Assembly: GCA_964016885.1 (NCBI GenBank)
Contig: OZ024743.1
Coordinates: forward strand, 295,306,001-295,370,000
Source: Eledone cirrhosa
Taxonomy: Eukaryota
DNA: 64,000 nucleotides
Direction of reading: 5' to 3'
Shown: positions 13,802-29,144 of the stretch, in pieces
Position numbering within the stretch: position 1 is the first letter of the stretch
Layout of the letters: each line of letters starts with the position of its first letter
The notes under the pieces: generated by a model
The model's database searches: none
Seen by the model: only the letters and a program-made list of their open reading frames with translations
What the model was told of the DNA's origin: nothing
Position numbers and translations under genes: made by a program

Positions 13802-14994
13802 TATGTACGCGTACATACATATATGTATACAGACGCACAGTAGTATGTATATATATATATACATACATGCACACATATATATATGTACGTATGGATTCAC
13901 CGAACATTTATTATAATGCTCGGTGTGTTTGTAAACAAACATCCCGTATTAAGCCGTAGTGTCCAGCAACCATCGTTGCTCGTTTGTTCAACACTGACAA
14001 AGGAACGCTGTACTAGTTTCAAGCTTATTAGCTATCGTCAGCAACGTATACCTTCCTGCCAGATTGTTGAACGTATATACTTACCTTATGCATATTAACG
14101 GCTGAGTAGCCCAATTTGCATATCGAGTGGGTTAATCGGCCGGGTGCACCGAAAACGATAAATGGAAAAAATGAATCGAAATTTCATTTCCCACTCTTAG
14201 TACGGCTGTTACTTAAATATAAGTATGTACACGTACATACATATATGTATACAGACGTACAGTAGTATCTATATATATATACATACATGCACACATATAT
14301 ATATATATGTACGTATGGATTCACCGAACATTTATTATAATGCTCGGTCTGTTTGTAAATAAACATCCCGTATTAAGCCGTAGTGTCCAGCAACCATCGT
14401 TGCTCGTTTGTTCAACACTGACAAAGGAACGCTGTACTAGTTTCAAGCTTATTAGCTATCGTCAGAAACGTATACTCTCCTGCCAGATTGTTGAACGTAT
14501 ATACTTACCTTACGCATATTAACGGCTGAGTAGCCCAATTTGCATATCGAGTGGGTTAATCAGCCGGGTGCACCGAAAACGATAAAGGAAAAAATGAAAC
14601 AAAATTTAATTTCCCACTCTCAGTACGGCTGTTACTTAAATATAAGTATGTACACGTACATACATATATGTATACAGACGTACAGTAGTATGTATATTTA
14701 TATACATACATGCACACATATATATTTATACGTATATATATGTGCACATATATATGTGCACCCGGCCGATTAACCCACTCGATATGCAAACTGGATGTTT
14801 GTTTACAAACACACCGAGCATTATAATAAATGTTCGGTGAATCCATACGTGTATATATATATGTGTGCATGTATGTATATATATATAGATACTACTGTAC
14901 GTCTGTATACATATATGTATGTACGTGTACATACTTATATTTAAGTAACAGCCGTACTAAGAGTGGGAAATGAAATTTGGTTTCATTTTTTTCC

Positions 14995-14996
<2 letters not shown>
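13797..14996. repeat. ~424-bp tandem repeat (about 2.2 units) followed by an inverted, internally deleted copy; each full unit carries an HHR
   Basis: Duplicated ORFs 13883/14307 give a period of 424; 14755-14996 is a reverse complement of unit sequence; bounded by (TA)n. Confidence 0.85.
14006..14046 (-). ncRNA. Type I hammerhead ribozyme (second copy 14430-14470 has a stem I mismatch)
   Basis: cgttg CTGACGA t agc-taataa-gct t GAAAC ta GTA cagcg; ACTAGT palindromic stem III. Confidence 0.75.
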
Positions 14997-15046
<50 letters not shown>

Positions 15047-15092
15047 TATTAAGGCCAAGTGTGATGTTGTTTGTATACATTATGGAGAATAT

Positions 15093-15640
15093 ATACGAGG
15101 TATGTCACAAAAGTAATGGTACTGGTCTGTAATCTAAATGTATATTAGACGTACGTGAAATTTCAAATTATCTCCTTCAAAATACGACCCTTGTGAAGTC
15201 ATACAGTGCTTCCACCGTTTTTTCATGGATCGTAGAAGTACCGGAAATCATTTTCTGTGTCCTTAGCTAGTGGTTTACAACTTTTTTGTGTGTTTTCCCC
15301 AGCCACATAATGAGCTAGATATGGGCTGTAGGGAGATTTTAGAAGACTGGGAATGATTTTCCTCTGCAGGAAGTATCAAATTGAAAGTGCTCTGTGAGCA
15401 GCACATTATCGTAATCAGTAGACAATCTCCTGCAATGTTCTTTTGGATTGGTTGAACCCGTTTTCGAAGTCATTCGAAGGCATCTTTGTAGAAGGTGTGA
15501 TTAAATCTCTGTCCTGAAAGTAAATGTATTCTTTGTGAATGATAACATGGCTGTCGAAAATAATTAAAATCATCATTTTTTTAAGAGGAGGAGAATTTTT
15601 CATGTGCCACTCTTCACTTTGCCAGACAACAACATGGCGG
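15093..15640 (-). mobile_element. Decayed mariner transposon 3' end
   Basis: TACGAGG TIR-like start at 15093; frameshifted minus-strand peptide DN..AAHRALSI..FL....SPYSPYLA resembles mariner HDNA and YSPDLAP motifs. Confidence 0.55.
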
Positions 15641-15729
15641 TAACATAGACAACATAGAAATTAAAATAATATCTAACGATAGAAATGACCCAACAGAGAA
15701 CGAGCGAAATAGAGCTTAGAAAGCCAAAG

Positions 15730-16371
<642 letters not shown>

Positions 16372-18085
16372 AAGAAAGAAAAAGAGAGAGAGAGAGAGAG
16401 AGGGACAGAAAGAGAGGGAGAGAAGGAGAGAGAGATTGACGGACGTGAGAATAAATAGTCAATATCGTAATAGAGTTTAGATACAATCTTTCTTATGTCT
16501 AACTGCTGAGTCGCTTTATGTGAGCAATAACATGTGAAAGATGCGAGTGAAGCATTGGTATTATACACCTGGGCTTTGTCTGTTGTTAATGCTTGCATAG
16601 TATTCAGTGAATATTATGTGTTCATTTATGGTCTTTCTCTTGCTGCCGTCAAATTTAACCATTCTAGTGAACTATTATCTGCATTGGTCTCAGTGGTCCT
16701 CAGAAGTGTATAAAAGTGAATGGGATACACTCATCCTCTATACTAGACCATTAAAATATCATATTACATGACACCAATGAACCTTTTATAGAGATATATA
16801 TTGGTTTATAAGACTGTATTATTTAATGTAATCCAGTACAATATCCAAGTGATTGGTGTTTATATACATATGTGTGAGTGTGTGTGTGTGTGAAACATTT
16901 TCTTGATTTATAAAAGGTATTCTGGTGTAAAAGATACACATATTTGAGATGATGTATAATCAAAGAGTCAAAGACACGCCGGGTCTGATGTTTCTTTCCT
17001 ACAATAAATCATATCAATGACAATCACAACTACAATTCCTTCAATTGACTAACACAAGGAAGATTTGAAACGTTGATGGATGGACCTTGTAACATTACTG
17101 TCAGAAAAATCGCAATCGCCAAATAACAGGTTAGGAAATAATTTCTGATCGAATAGAATGATGACATAGAAATCTGCGTGCAAGGGAAGGTAGGAAACTG
17201 CCTCTATCAATAGCAATTACATGGCTTTGACCAAATTTCTTGAGCATGTATAGCGGTAAATATTTATCATATAGCTGAATGCATAACCTTTGTAATCAGA
17301 AGAGAGAACTCTGTAAGATTAACGAGCCGCTTGTGACTATCCAATGAGGAATCGATGCCTGGTGTAATTTTGGAGTCCAGCTCTGTCTATAATGCAATTG
17401 TTCCAGCGTTTTGCGTTGAATTCATATACAACTGTGACCAACTCGGATAGTAGGTTTATTCTGGAACTCAGTGTAAGATTCTTAATTGGCTTCAGCTGTT
17501 TACTCTGATGCAAGTATTCCGACCCGATCGGCTGCTTGAGGATAACTTCGTCTCTCACCGTCTCCATTCTCTCAGGCCATGTAAAATTTCATGAAATCTA
17601 ACATTCTCTCACTTAATCGACAGTAAAAACAAGTGTGGAACCACGTCGAAATGTCAATGCGGTACTAACAGCTTTGGGATCTATATGTCTCATCAATAAA
17701 TCGAAGTGATTAGAATCGGTAATCATGTTATCTGACCTTCAAACATAAAGAGAAAAAGTATGGATATTTCTATTTGCAGTTATGTATTCCACTGGGTAAT
17801 ACATACAGTATTAGAGTCAAGAGGTTTCTCTTAAATGTCTTGTTCTTGTTAGGCAAAAATGTGAAATAATTTTTTTCTATTTTATATCATATATTAATGG
17901 TTTGCAGACTTTATTTGCAGTAAATATACATACGTACATAAAACAAACAGAGACACACACACACACAGACACACAGACACACACACAATCAGACACACAG
18001 ACACACAGACACACAGATACACATACACACACAGACACATACACACACACACATATATACACCAACACACCCACACACATATATA

Positions 18086-18172
<87 letters not shown>

Positions 18173-18206
18173 TGTGTATATACATAATATATATATATAA
18201 AATGTG

Positions 18207-18254
<48 letters not shown>

Positions 18255-19471
18255 TTTATATTTGGTCATTTTAGCTTCCTCAAAGATTTTCTATAGCTAT
18301 TAACAAATTTTTCATGCTTTTTTTTATTTTTGTTCACGATCTTATATTGCTTCAGTTGATTCAACCGCCAAAATATTTATAAACCATATAACTAATGATA
18401 TATTTTTCTATACCCTCTCACTCTCTTAATCGCTTTTTCTCTCTTTCTTTATTTTATGTATAGTTAATAGGGTAATGTTACAGCGTATGAAATATGTTTG
18501 TGTACAACAAACTGATAGAAAAGGAAAGAAAGACAGAAAAAAGAAAGGAAGAAAGACAGTAAGATAAAAGACAGGAAAGAAAGAAAGGAAGAATGATATG
18601 GCTAGAACTGTTCAAGTTGAACTAACTAACAAACGTTGCAAAATATTTGCTTGATATACAGGAAATGTCATATTTGAAGAAAATTGGGCGAACACGTGCT
18701 ATATTTATTGCTTGGCTCAAATCCAAAGGAATTCACTGAACTCTATATAGATTTTTCAGATATCTATACTAAATACATAGCGCCACCATTTTTTGGTGTG
18801 ATGGTACATCTTAAATGTCGAACTGTCACCGTGAAATCGAAAACCATTATCTATCAGTCTATCAATCTAACTCGCGCCGTCCTCTTATATATATATATAT
18901 ATATATATATGTGTATATATACATATGTGTGTGTGTGTATGTGCGTATGTGTATATGCGTGGTGTGTGTGTGTGTATGCGTGTATGTGTGTGTATGTGTG
19001 TGTTGTGAGTGTTAGTGTATATATAAAATCATTTAGCTTATTGCTGAAAATAAATGTCGTCTCAATATGATAACTATCGAAAATCTGATAGGGTTCAGTG
19101 ATGGACTGCAGAGCGATGTAAGTTCTTGGTGAACTGAGTCGACGACCCGATTTCGATGCACTGGTTGAAACAGCTTGATTTCAATTACAACACTAATATT
19201 TGTTTGAAAAGAAGTTAATAATCAAATATTCTACTTTCACGTTGAGATATAACCTTGCCTTGCCCAAAATATTAGAGTAATTCTTTTTGTTAGATTTTTC
19301 CATCTAAATTCATAAACATGCATCCATTAACTTGAGAAATCATATCACAATGAATCTAGCGAAGGGTATGCATGTAAACAATTCCAAAAGACAGACACAC
19401 ACACACGCACACACGCACACACACACACACGCTCGCACGCACGCACACACACACACAAACGCACACAAACG

Positions 19472-19568
<97 letters not shown>

Positions 19569-19665
19569 GATTGAGAGGGACAAGGTAAACAGGAACAACA
19601 ACACAATCGGTACAGGTATATGGCAGGAATATATTAGGTTAATGCTTGAAATAGCAGGAAGAGGG

Positions 19666-19701
19666 TCTTAAGGTTTCGGGCGCTAGTCCTTCATCAGAAG
19701 A
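19666..19701 (-). ncRNA. Slightly decayed minimal hammerhead motif
   Basis: tctt CTGATGA a ggac-tagc-gccc GAAAC c TT aaga; inside a ~170-bp block between microsatellites; same style as 12456-12490. Confidence 0.55.
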
Positions 19702-19755
19702 AAAAAATGATAAAAATAACAGGTTCATTCATGTTGCCATAAATATATCAATATA

Positions 19756-19788
<33 letters not shown>

Positions 19789-22054
19789 GGAGGGGGTGAG
19801 GGGGAGAGAGAAAGTATATTCATATATCCCTACAAAGTGACATGCTGACGAGAAATAGATTGTAAATTAGTGCGTGTGCATTTGTATTTTAGGTAAACAT
19901 ACCTAGAAGCAATGCCTATGTTAGATCAGTAATTCATTACAGGTCTTACATGTCATATGCAGAGATCTATTATTATGTGTGATCAACTGTAGACATGTTC
20001 CGTTCTAATGAGGCTTTGCATCTCAAATAATTGTGAGTTCTTAGTCGAGTTTGCTTATGTCTGATAGGGGAATGAGATGCGACGATGTTTTACATACGTG
20101 TTTTGGCTTTTTTCTATAGAAAGAAGCAATGTTAACATGACTCCATTGGAGTATGTTTATATGTTTAGTATTGTAGATCCATACATATTCCGCATGAGTT
20201 ACATGCGGATTGCATTCGTCCGAATATTGAGAAACGAATATGTTTACGTAGAAGTGGTATTTATATTAGTGACACAAATAGGTTGTTGGTGTGCAGAAAC
20301 AAGTGTGGTACATGACAACCAGGATTTTATAAGGTGTTAATCGAAGCGATTACGATCAACACAAACACATGAGTGTTCTAACAGGAACTCGTCGTTCCAA
20401 GTATTATGGTCAGTTTTGATAAAGGATTGCCGTACCAGACACGGTCAAAAATTGCCAAATGTGGCTAAGATTCTCGGCGGCAAACGTTCAATAATGAGTA
20501 ATATAGAAAAGTAGGTCTATACATGATCTAGATTTACGAATGACCTACTGTTAATCAGTAAGAAGGGAAATGAATTCAATACCTTGGGTCTGGTCTTTAT
20601 TCAGGCCTTTCTTTAATACCTTTCATAGTTGCCATGAACTAAATTGGTTGCATTTAATTTGTATTTTGTTTTAAAGTATCGAGACATATCTCTATAGAGA
20701 GAAAGATAGGAGGAAAAGTGGGGAAACAATAGTTGAAGAATTTGGTATTAGAGATTCTACCTTAAGGTCCCATAGGTTAATGAGCACTTGAATTTAGATT
20801 TCTCAGAGCCAATGACATTGTTATTTTAAAGAGATTAGATGTACTTGAGCACTTGACTACACTTAACCCTGCCCTAGGGTCACATCCTGATACGTAGAAA
20901 GTGGGGGAAACTCCTGACAAGAAAAATGAACAACTGTCTATAAGAGCGGACGAACTAAACTAGGAGTCAATGACTATTGATGAAACTTACAATTGCTGCA
21001 GAGCTCTAGTAAGACTCTTGCATCTAGCATTGCTGACTCTTTTGACAATCCACGCATCACGTTTTTTCTCTCTCTCGCTCTCTCCCTCTCTCTCTCTCTC
21101 TCTGTCTCTCTCTCTTTCTCTCTCTCTCTCTCTGACCTTCTATATATACTAGCGTTATCTTTCCTGTGACCTAGGGAATAGCGTATGAGATAATCCCCAT
21201 GACATTATATAAGAACAGTCAAGGTGAGTTAAATAAGTCACAGCTAAGATTATCATCTCATATTCGTAATGTTGGAAGCGGCATTTGTTACCACTCTCAG
21301 ACACAATGCAAATGAGACAGTGTAATTACTTCAGTACGAAGAATGTTATATATAACAATAATCAGTTGTTAAAATTGTGTAGTTATACGTCTTCTTTCAC
21401 TGTAATATTTCTATAATGCCCTTACATTTAGACTTCATATGAATTCGTTGCATTAAAAATGAGAAACACGTTGCTTCCATTAACACTCGGATAAACATCG
21501 ACAACTACATAATAGTAACTAATTAATATTAGCATTTCGTCTATGTATCTACATCACTTTATCGACGAAAAAGTTGTGTATGCCAAGTTCAACACATATT
21601 TTCATATCTTGCTGAGAAACTATTAAATTTCACGTACAAGTCAAATGGTACATAGGAAAAAGGCAGAAGAATACCAGTTTTCATTTGAAATAACAGATCA
21701 TTTGATCACTTGTTTATTTATTTCTTCCAGCAATCTTTGCGATAAAACCTAAAGATTAACGTTGGAAGCTAGTCCAAAATTGTGGCTTGTTATTTTGCTA
21801 TGCTACATTCCATTGATTTGCTGCTTTTCATATTTGTCTCGTTACATAGTTGTATGTATATAGTGGAAAGAGAAACTATCATATACAAAAGAAAGAGAAT
21901 AAAATAGATGGAGAGAATAAAATAGAGAATAAAATAGAGAATAATATAGATGGAGAGATGTATCGATGGAACTATGGATAAAAAACGAATGAACATTGAT
22001 TCCACGCACACACAAACACACATATATATGTGTATATACATATATATATATATA

Positions 22055-22173
<119 letters not shown>

Positions 22174-22583
22174 ATCAAGTATTTCCGTAGAAAGGTAAAG
22201 GAAAGAAGAGTGCTCTATGTATAGTACAGAGCTATTTAATTCTATAATAAACAACACAATATAACTATTCCATTACTAAAGGTTACCAAAGAAACTAGTC
22301 GATAATTACGAAACATCCGCCCCGTTCATGAAATAGTTGTTTTGGATATAAATTTTGAAATTGAGTTGTATTAAAAATGAAAATGAGGCTGAGTTAAAAT
22401 AACATCTTATAACGGTAAAAAACATAAATACACACATGTGCAAACACAGATCAAATTACATGCGTGCATCTATACGTACATCCATGTATACATAGATATA
22501 TAGGCGCATCAACCACCTAAACACACTTAAACACATACACACACACATGCATGCACACAATATGCATGCACACAATATGCATT

Positions 22584-22724
<141 letters not shown>

Positions 22725-22854
22725 GTACACATACATACATGCATACAAACCCATACTAAACAAAATATATACACACACTCACGATGATAAACACACGCTC
22801 ATATATACAGTAAGAGTGGACATGCATATATGCATTTAAAAAATTATAAAAATA

Positions 22855-23065
22855 ATGGTTTCTAGTGTAGCCACAAGGGAAGTAATTTGGGTTTAGGGAA
22901 AGTCGATTAAATCGACCCAGTACGTTACTGGTACTTGTTGACACCATAAAGATGAAAGATAAAGTTAACCTCGGTGGGATTTCAACTCAGACCGTAAAAG
23001 ACCGTAACTCTATGCTGCAAAACATGATGTACATCTCTCTACCGATACTGCCAATCCACCGCCCT
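22855..23065 (-). mobile_element. tRNA-derived SINE, family A
   Basis: AAAGTTAACCTCGGTGGGATTTCAACTCAG...TACTGCCAATCCACCGCCC. Confidence 0.8.
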
Positions 23066-23181
23066 CAACGTTATAAAAATAATTAAAACATTATAAAACT
23101 TATCACCGTATAATATATGTATATATATTTTCATTATCTATTTTTTATTTTTTTATTTTAACATCATTTTTATCACACATT

Positions 23182-23251
<70 letters not shown>

Positions 23252-23382
23252 AAAGTTAAACAAGGTTCAATGAATGCATCAAAGAATGAGTTTTACAATA
23301 GATTGGAAGCACTCAACAGTAGGGTCTTCCAAAGTTATTAATATTAATTCAAAATATTAAAAAATAGATATTCTTATGACTA

Positions 23383-23449
23383 TATTTTATTATACATATT
23401 TCAGAGGTACTGAGTTAAGTTCAACAGTACGTCCTCATCAGATAAAATA
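23383..23449 (-). ncRNA. Type I hammerhead ribozyme
   Basis: tattttat CTGATGA ggacgtactg..cagtacctct GAAA tatgta TA ataaaata; 8-bp stem I. Confidence 0.75.
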
Positions 23450-24920
23450 AGATGATGCATGACATACCCTGACATAGTAGATGGTTAAGATTCAGTCATG
23501 GTAGTGATTAACTTATGACAAAAACTCAATATTTATACCCTGAGATAACATAATACAAACAATAGAGAGGGTGAGTGTAATAGAGCTTAAGAAATGCATG
23601 GCATCAATATAACAGTTATAACAATTTTTGTTTTTAAAAACTACTGGAGAAAGAGGACAGAAAGGAAAGCATAGAGGAGGAAACAGCTGATGTGATAATA
23701 TATTTAGTAGGTGGCTTGAAAAAACAGATGAAAGATGATTAAAGAGTGAGAGAGACAAAGGGGAGTAATTCATGTTCAAGTTTATATACAGATTTCCATA
23801 TTTGCAACACATGTCCAAATTAATATAGTTGCCGGTTAATTTTCAAAATATTTAATTTAAGTTATTTCAGAGTAATGAATAATATTTTAGGTTTTAAAAG
23901 TTAATAGGTATTTGTATTAATATTATAATTATGTTTAATTTCTAAAATTCAAATTTTATGAAAACAAATTTAAAGGATTTACGAAACACGGGAAAGAAAA
24001 TATATATATAATGCTTTTATATCTTCACGAAGGTAATCTTTACCAAAAGTATTTATAATATTGACAACAGTTTATATAATATAATTTATAAAATAATTAT
24101 AGTTATAATTATTAAAGAATTTATTGTTAAAAAGTTTGAGTGCCTAAAGTATCAACCGGCCTTATAACTAAATTTAAAGTGGTCCGAATTGTTAATTATA
24201 TATATGTGTTGATCAAAATATACAAAGATTATAGTTTATTATTTGTTTATAATTGAGGTGATACCTTTCAAATTCATATAATATAATACAATAATGCAAT
24301 AATGCAATATAGTAAATAAGTTACTGAAAATATTGTTCAAAAATATATATAGTTCAAAAATGTTGTTAAAAATATTGCTAAAGAATTCATGTTTTATATC
24401 AATTATTTTCATTTAGTTGATATATACTATAAAGATATGAGTCAAAACTATATGAGTCCTAATGATAGGGGCTAGATATAAAATAAATATACAAATAAAA
24501 GAAAATGAATTGTTTGCGAAACTTAAAGATGCCCAATATTAAAAATATATTATAAATGCAATAGGGTTTTAATATTAATCGCCAATTCATCGCCAACTAT
24601 ATTAATTTGGACATGTTTTGCAAATATGGAAATCTGTATATAAACTTGACCATAAATTACTCCCATTTGTCTCCCTCTCTCGCTTTAATCATCTTTCATC
24701 GGTTTTTTCAAGCCACTTACTAAATATATTATCACATCAGCTCTTTCTTCCTCTAGCTTTCCTTTCCCTCCTCTTTCTCCAGTAGTTTTTTAAAATAAAA
24801 CAAATATATAACTGTTATATTGATGTAATGCATTTCTTAAGCTCTATTACACTCACCCTCTCTATTGTTTGTATTATGTTATCTCATGTTCTCAATATTA
24901 GGGTATGTCATGCATCATCT

Positions 24921-24987
24921 TATTTTATCTGATGAGGATGTACTGTTGAACTTAACTCAGTACCTCTGAAATATGTATAATAAAATA
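24921..24987 (+). ncRNA. Type I hammerhead ribozyme (inverted-arm copy)
   Basis: tattttat CTGATGA ggatgtactg..cagtacctct GAAA tatgta TA ataaaata. Confidence 0.75.
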
Positions 24988-25295
24988 TAATTGATCACAA
25001 GAATATCTATTTTGTTAATATTTTGAATTCATATATATATATATATATATATTTTATTTTTTTTATTTTTTAAACTTCATTTTTATCACATATATATATA
25101 TATATATATATATATTTTCCATCCACTGAATTATTTTTGTATAAGATCCCTGAGTCCACGCATCACCTGGGAATTGACTGCCTGATGACGAAAGGCATTC
25201 TCCATGTGTTGCATTCGGAAACCATGTTTATTCCCTTTCAGAAACTGGAGTGAAATTTTAGTAAGTTAATTTTTATAATTTTCTTATTTTACGTC

Positions 25296-25411
<116 letters not shown>

Positions 25412-25514
25412 AAAATGAAGTTAAAATAAAAAATTAAAATAGATAATGAAAATATATATACATATATTATACGCTGATAAGTTTTATAATGTTTTAATTA
25501 TTTTTATAACTTTC

Positions 25515-25630
25515 ACGGCGGTGGATTGACAATATCGGTTTTGCAGCATACAGTTACGGTCTTTTACGGTCTGAGTTCAAATCCCACCGAGGTTAACTTT
25601 ATCTTTGATCTTTATAGGGTCAAAAAGTAC
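25515..25630 (+). mobile_element. SINE family A fragment, part of an inverted duplication of 22930-23195
   Basis: GGCGGTGGATTGAC..CTGAGTTCAAATCCCACCGAGGTTAAC; non-SINE flank 25400-25515 also mirrors 23065-23180. Confidence 0.75.
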
Positions 25631-25652
25631 TATTATATATATATATATATAT

Positions 25653-28600
25653 ATAACTTTGATAACTTTGATAGGTTTCGGCCAGTATTGGCCCAGGCCA
25701 TCTCTAACTTAATAGCACCACCTGGCGAAGTCTTACAAATCAGTGTTTGGGCACCATGGCCCACTCGAGCAGAGAGTTATTGTTTACGGAGGCATATCCG
25801 GGTGTAGGAGGCTTATCCGGGATTTTTGAAGGAATTTATCCAAAGACTTCTTGACCTTGATGGTGTCTGTCTTTGCTTTGATGTTTTGTTGTAATGTTAA
25901 AGAGTGCAGTTCCAATTGAGGTGAAATAATTGTGTCGTATTGTTGTTATGTGATGCGAGTGGGACTTTTGTCGTGGGCGGATAGCACGAGGCCCAAGCCT
26001 TGGGTATACACTAAAGGTGATGCCAACATCATTTGGGCTAAGCTGATGGAATATTTTCCAAATCATACGGATAATGTAGCGCTCACGGCGACGTTCGAGA
26101 GGACAAAGTTTGAGTTTTTCTAATCGACTCCAATAGTCAGGGCCTGTCATGCCAACTATCTTTTTTGTAATTGACCTTTGGGGTGCTTCAACTTTCATGA
26201 TACTTCGTTTCGTGTTGTGTGACCACAGTGGACAACAGTATTCAAGGTGGGGTCGGGCAAGAGTGGAGAAGAGAATGACAACAATGTGGATATCTCTCGA
26301 CTGGAAAGTTCTGAGAATCCAGGAACACATTCTGCGGGCCATATCAACTGTGCCGTTTATATAAGTGGCCCAGCTTATGTTGTTGTCCACAATTACTCAC
26401 AGATCTCTTATGTTATTGGGAGCCACTAGAGTTTCACCCGAAGGAAGAGAGTATGGTAGTTTCAGGGCATCCTTTTTTCCAAAGTGTATTAGTTCAAATT
26501 TATCCTCATTCAACAGCATATTATTCATCTCTGCCCATTGGATAACAGCCAGTAGGTCTGACTGAAGGCAAGTCCGGTCACCTACCTCATTGATGAGTCT
26601 TTGGGGCTTGGATTCATCTGCGAAGATTCTGATGTTACTGTGTTTGATGATGTCAGTAATGTCATTAATGTACATGATGAAAAGAAGTGGGCCCAACACA
26701 GTGCCTTGCGGGACGCCACTGCTGACTTTGGCAGGGCTTGATTTTACTCATTCGACTACAACATGCTGGGTTCTGCCTGTAGTAACCTTCCAGAGACACC
26801 AACATTGGATAGTTTTTTCAGTAGAATCTGATGATCAACACTGACGAAGGCCTTGCTGAAATCAAGGTAGATGACATCAGTGTTGGAGCCCTCTCCCAAG
26901 GCTCTCAAAACATCATCAAAGGGATGCAGGAGCTGCGTTAGGCAGTCCCTTCCATTACGGAACCCATGTTGGTTGGAGTTCAGCAGGCCGTTGCTTTCAA
27001 GAAAGTGGGTTATTCGTGATCTCACCACCCTCTCAAATACCTTGCTAATATGAGAGGTGAGTGAGATCGGACGGTAGTTCACTGCAAGGGACTTATTTCC
27101 CTTTTTGAAGACTGGGACAACGGACTGGGACAGAAAGTTTTCAGAAATATAGCCAGTGTCCAGTGAGGTCCTCCACAGATTAGCAAGAGGAGTTGCAAGT
27201 TGGTGTCGACACACCTTCAGGTCGGGGCTTACTACTGAATTGTGTTTAATTTCGTTTATTGCTGCTAAGACATCAGGGCCGCCAAACGTTATGTCTGATA
27301 TAGTGTGTTGGGGGTTAATATCACTGATACAGCCCAGATCGGCCATATAGGGGTTGCTGAAAACAGAGCAGTATTGTTTCTGCAGTATCTCGCCCATGGT
27401 TTTGGCATTGTCCTGGAGTGTGCCATTTTCATCAACTAAGGGCCAACAGTGGAGACGGTGACCTTGTGTTTTTTAGCAAATGAGAAGAACACTTTGGGGT
27501 TGAGTTTGATTTTCTCAATGGCCCACCTCTCTTCAACTATTCTCTGGTTATTGATGATGGTGATCATGCATTGCTGGAGGTTATATCTTTTTTTATTCAA
27601 GCAGGGTGATAGCCAATGAATGTAGTGTGTTGCTGTTGGCAGTATTTTAGTGTGTTAATTTTTTTATTTGTTCTTTTTATTTTTCTGATAATTGTTTTTC
27701 TGTTTTGGGGGATACTGCACTTGGTTTTGTTCACAGGTTTTGGTGGGGTGTGTTTTGTACATATATTTGTGACAGTGTCTACAAAGATCTGCCAAGATAT
27801 TTTGATGTTGGTAGAAGTGTGTGCGTGTGTAAAAGACCACTCGACATGTGATAGTTCGTTCATAATTGCATCCCAGTTGGCATTGTAGAGATCCATGTTA
27901 TCAAATGGGTGGGCTGGAAAGAGGACCCTGGGATTAGCTTTCGGCTGGTGGAATCTCAGGTTACAAAGAGCCATGTCATGGTCTGAGATAAGGGTTTCTT
28001 CCACTGTAATATTATGTATAGTGTTAGTGTGGTTACTAAACACTAGATCCAAAATGTTCTTCTGATGCCTCGTTGGTGCAAGGACAAGTTGGGACAAGAA
28101 AAACACATTCATGAAGTCAAGAAGTGACTCGACAGCCTCTTTGTCAGTGGTTGAGGCTGTGGAGCCTGGTTTCAAACTACATGTAGACCAATTGACACAG
28201 GGTAGATTAAAGTCTCCCATCAAAAGTATGTTGCTAGAATGACACTGTTTAATAAAGCATTTAATAATCTTAAGGCATTTTTTGAAACAGATTATGGGTG
28301 TTTGTGGCGGCCTATAGAGCCCAACTAATGTCAGGTCATTGGCTTTGTTGTGCACAGTGACTGATTCACAGTAGCCATTGGAGAATGTTGTGTTTCTCAT
28401 CTGCCGTAAAGGAATCATGCAGGAAAATGACAGTTCTACCCTTCCTTCTGCCAACATGATCCGCACGGATGGTTGTGAAATTCCTCACTCTTACTTCGGC
28501 CTCCAAGTGGGAGTTGTCAAGTTGGGTCTCAGTAAGAATGAAGAAGGGGATGTGAAATGGATGGTTAACAACCCAATCCTCAATGAATTGGATCTTCCAT

Positions 28601-28735
28601 TTCTGTGCATTGATGGATGGATACCTTGTGTATTGAGTAAGAATGTGGAGGCTGGTGTGGTGGCTGGTCTTGACTGTTGCAGGGGGCTTGTTTTGTGATT
28701 GTGTGTTGTTAGTGACAGCAAGGTTGGTGTATCTA
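25653..28735 (-). mobile_element. CR1-like LINE, frameshifted ORF2 (APE endonuclease + reverse transcriptase)
   Basis: APE motifs GLYRPP, LMGDFNLP, PTR..NILDLVF, ISDH; RT motifs [49 protein letters not shown]; 3' tandem (TCAAAGTTA) tail next to (TA)n. Confidence 0.92.
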
Positions 28736-28810
28736 TGTTTTTATTATATATTTTTTATTTTAATTTCTAACATATATATGTATATAAATATGTATGTATA
28801 TATATAAATG

Positions 28811-28914
<104 letters not shown>

Positions 28915-29144
28915 CATATTTATATACATATATATGATAGAAATTAAGATAAAAAATATATAATAAAAACATAGATACATTAAATGAAAGACAGAAAAAT
29001 GCCCAGACAATCACACACATATATACACATGCAAATAAATAGACACGCATATATATATATATATATATGTGTGTGTGTATATAAATATATATATATACAT
29101 ACATATATATACATATATATATATATGTGTGTGTGTGTGTGGAT

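Larger units (their letters stand above)
23249..25030 (-). mobile_element. PLE-derived element with ~450-bp inverted repeats, each with an HHR; tail only on the left
   Basis: 23345-23832 is inverted against 24593-25030 with visible divergence; (TA)n both sides; same family as 50535-50875. Confidence 0.8.

Noticed and set aside
13797-14996. CRISPR-like array
   Set aside because: Long full-unit duplications with no unique spacers, in eukaryotic context
17280-17600. Higher-complexity block with a 76-aa ORF
   Set aside because: No recognisable motif; probably an old TE relic; needs a homology search
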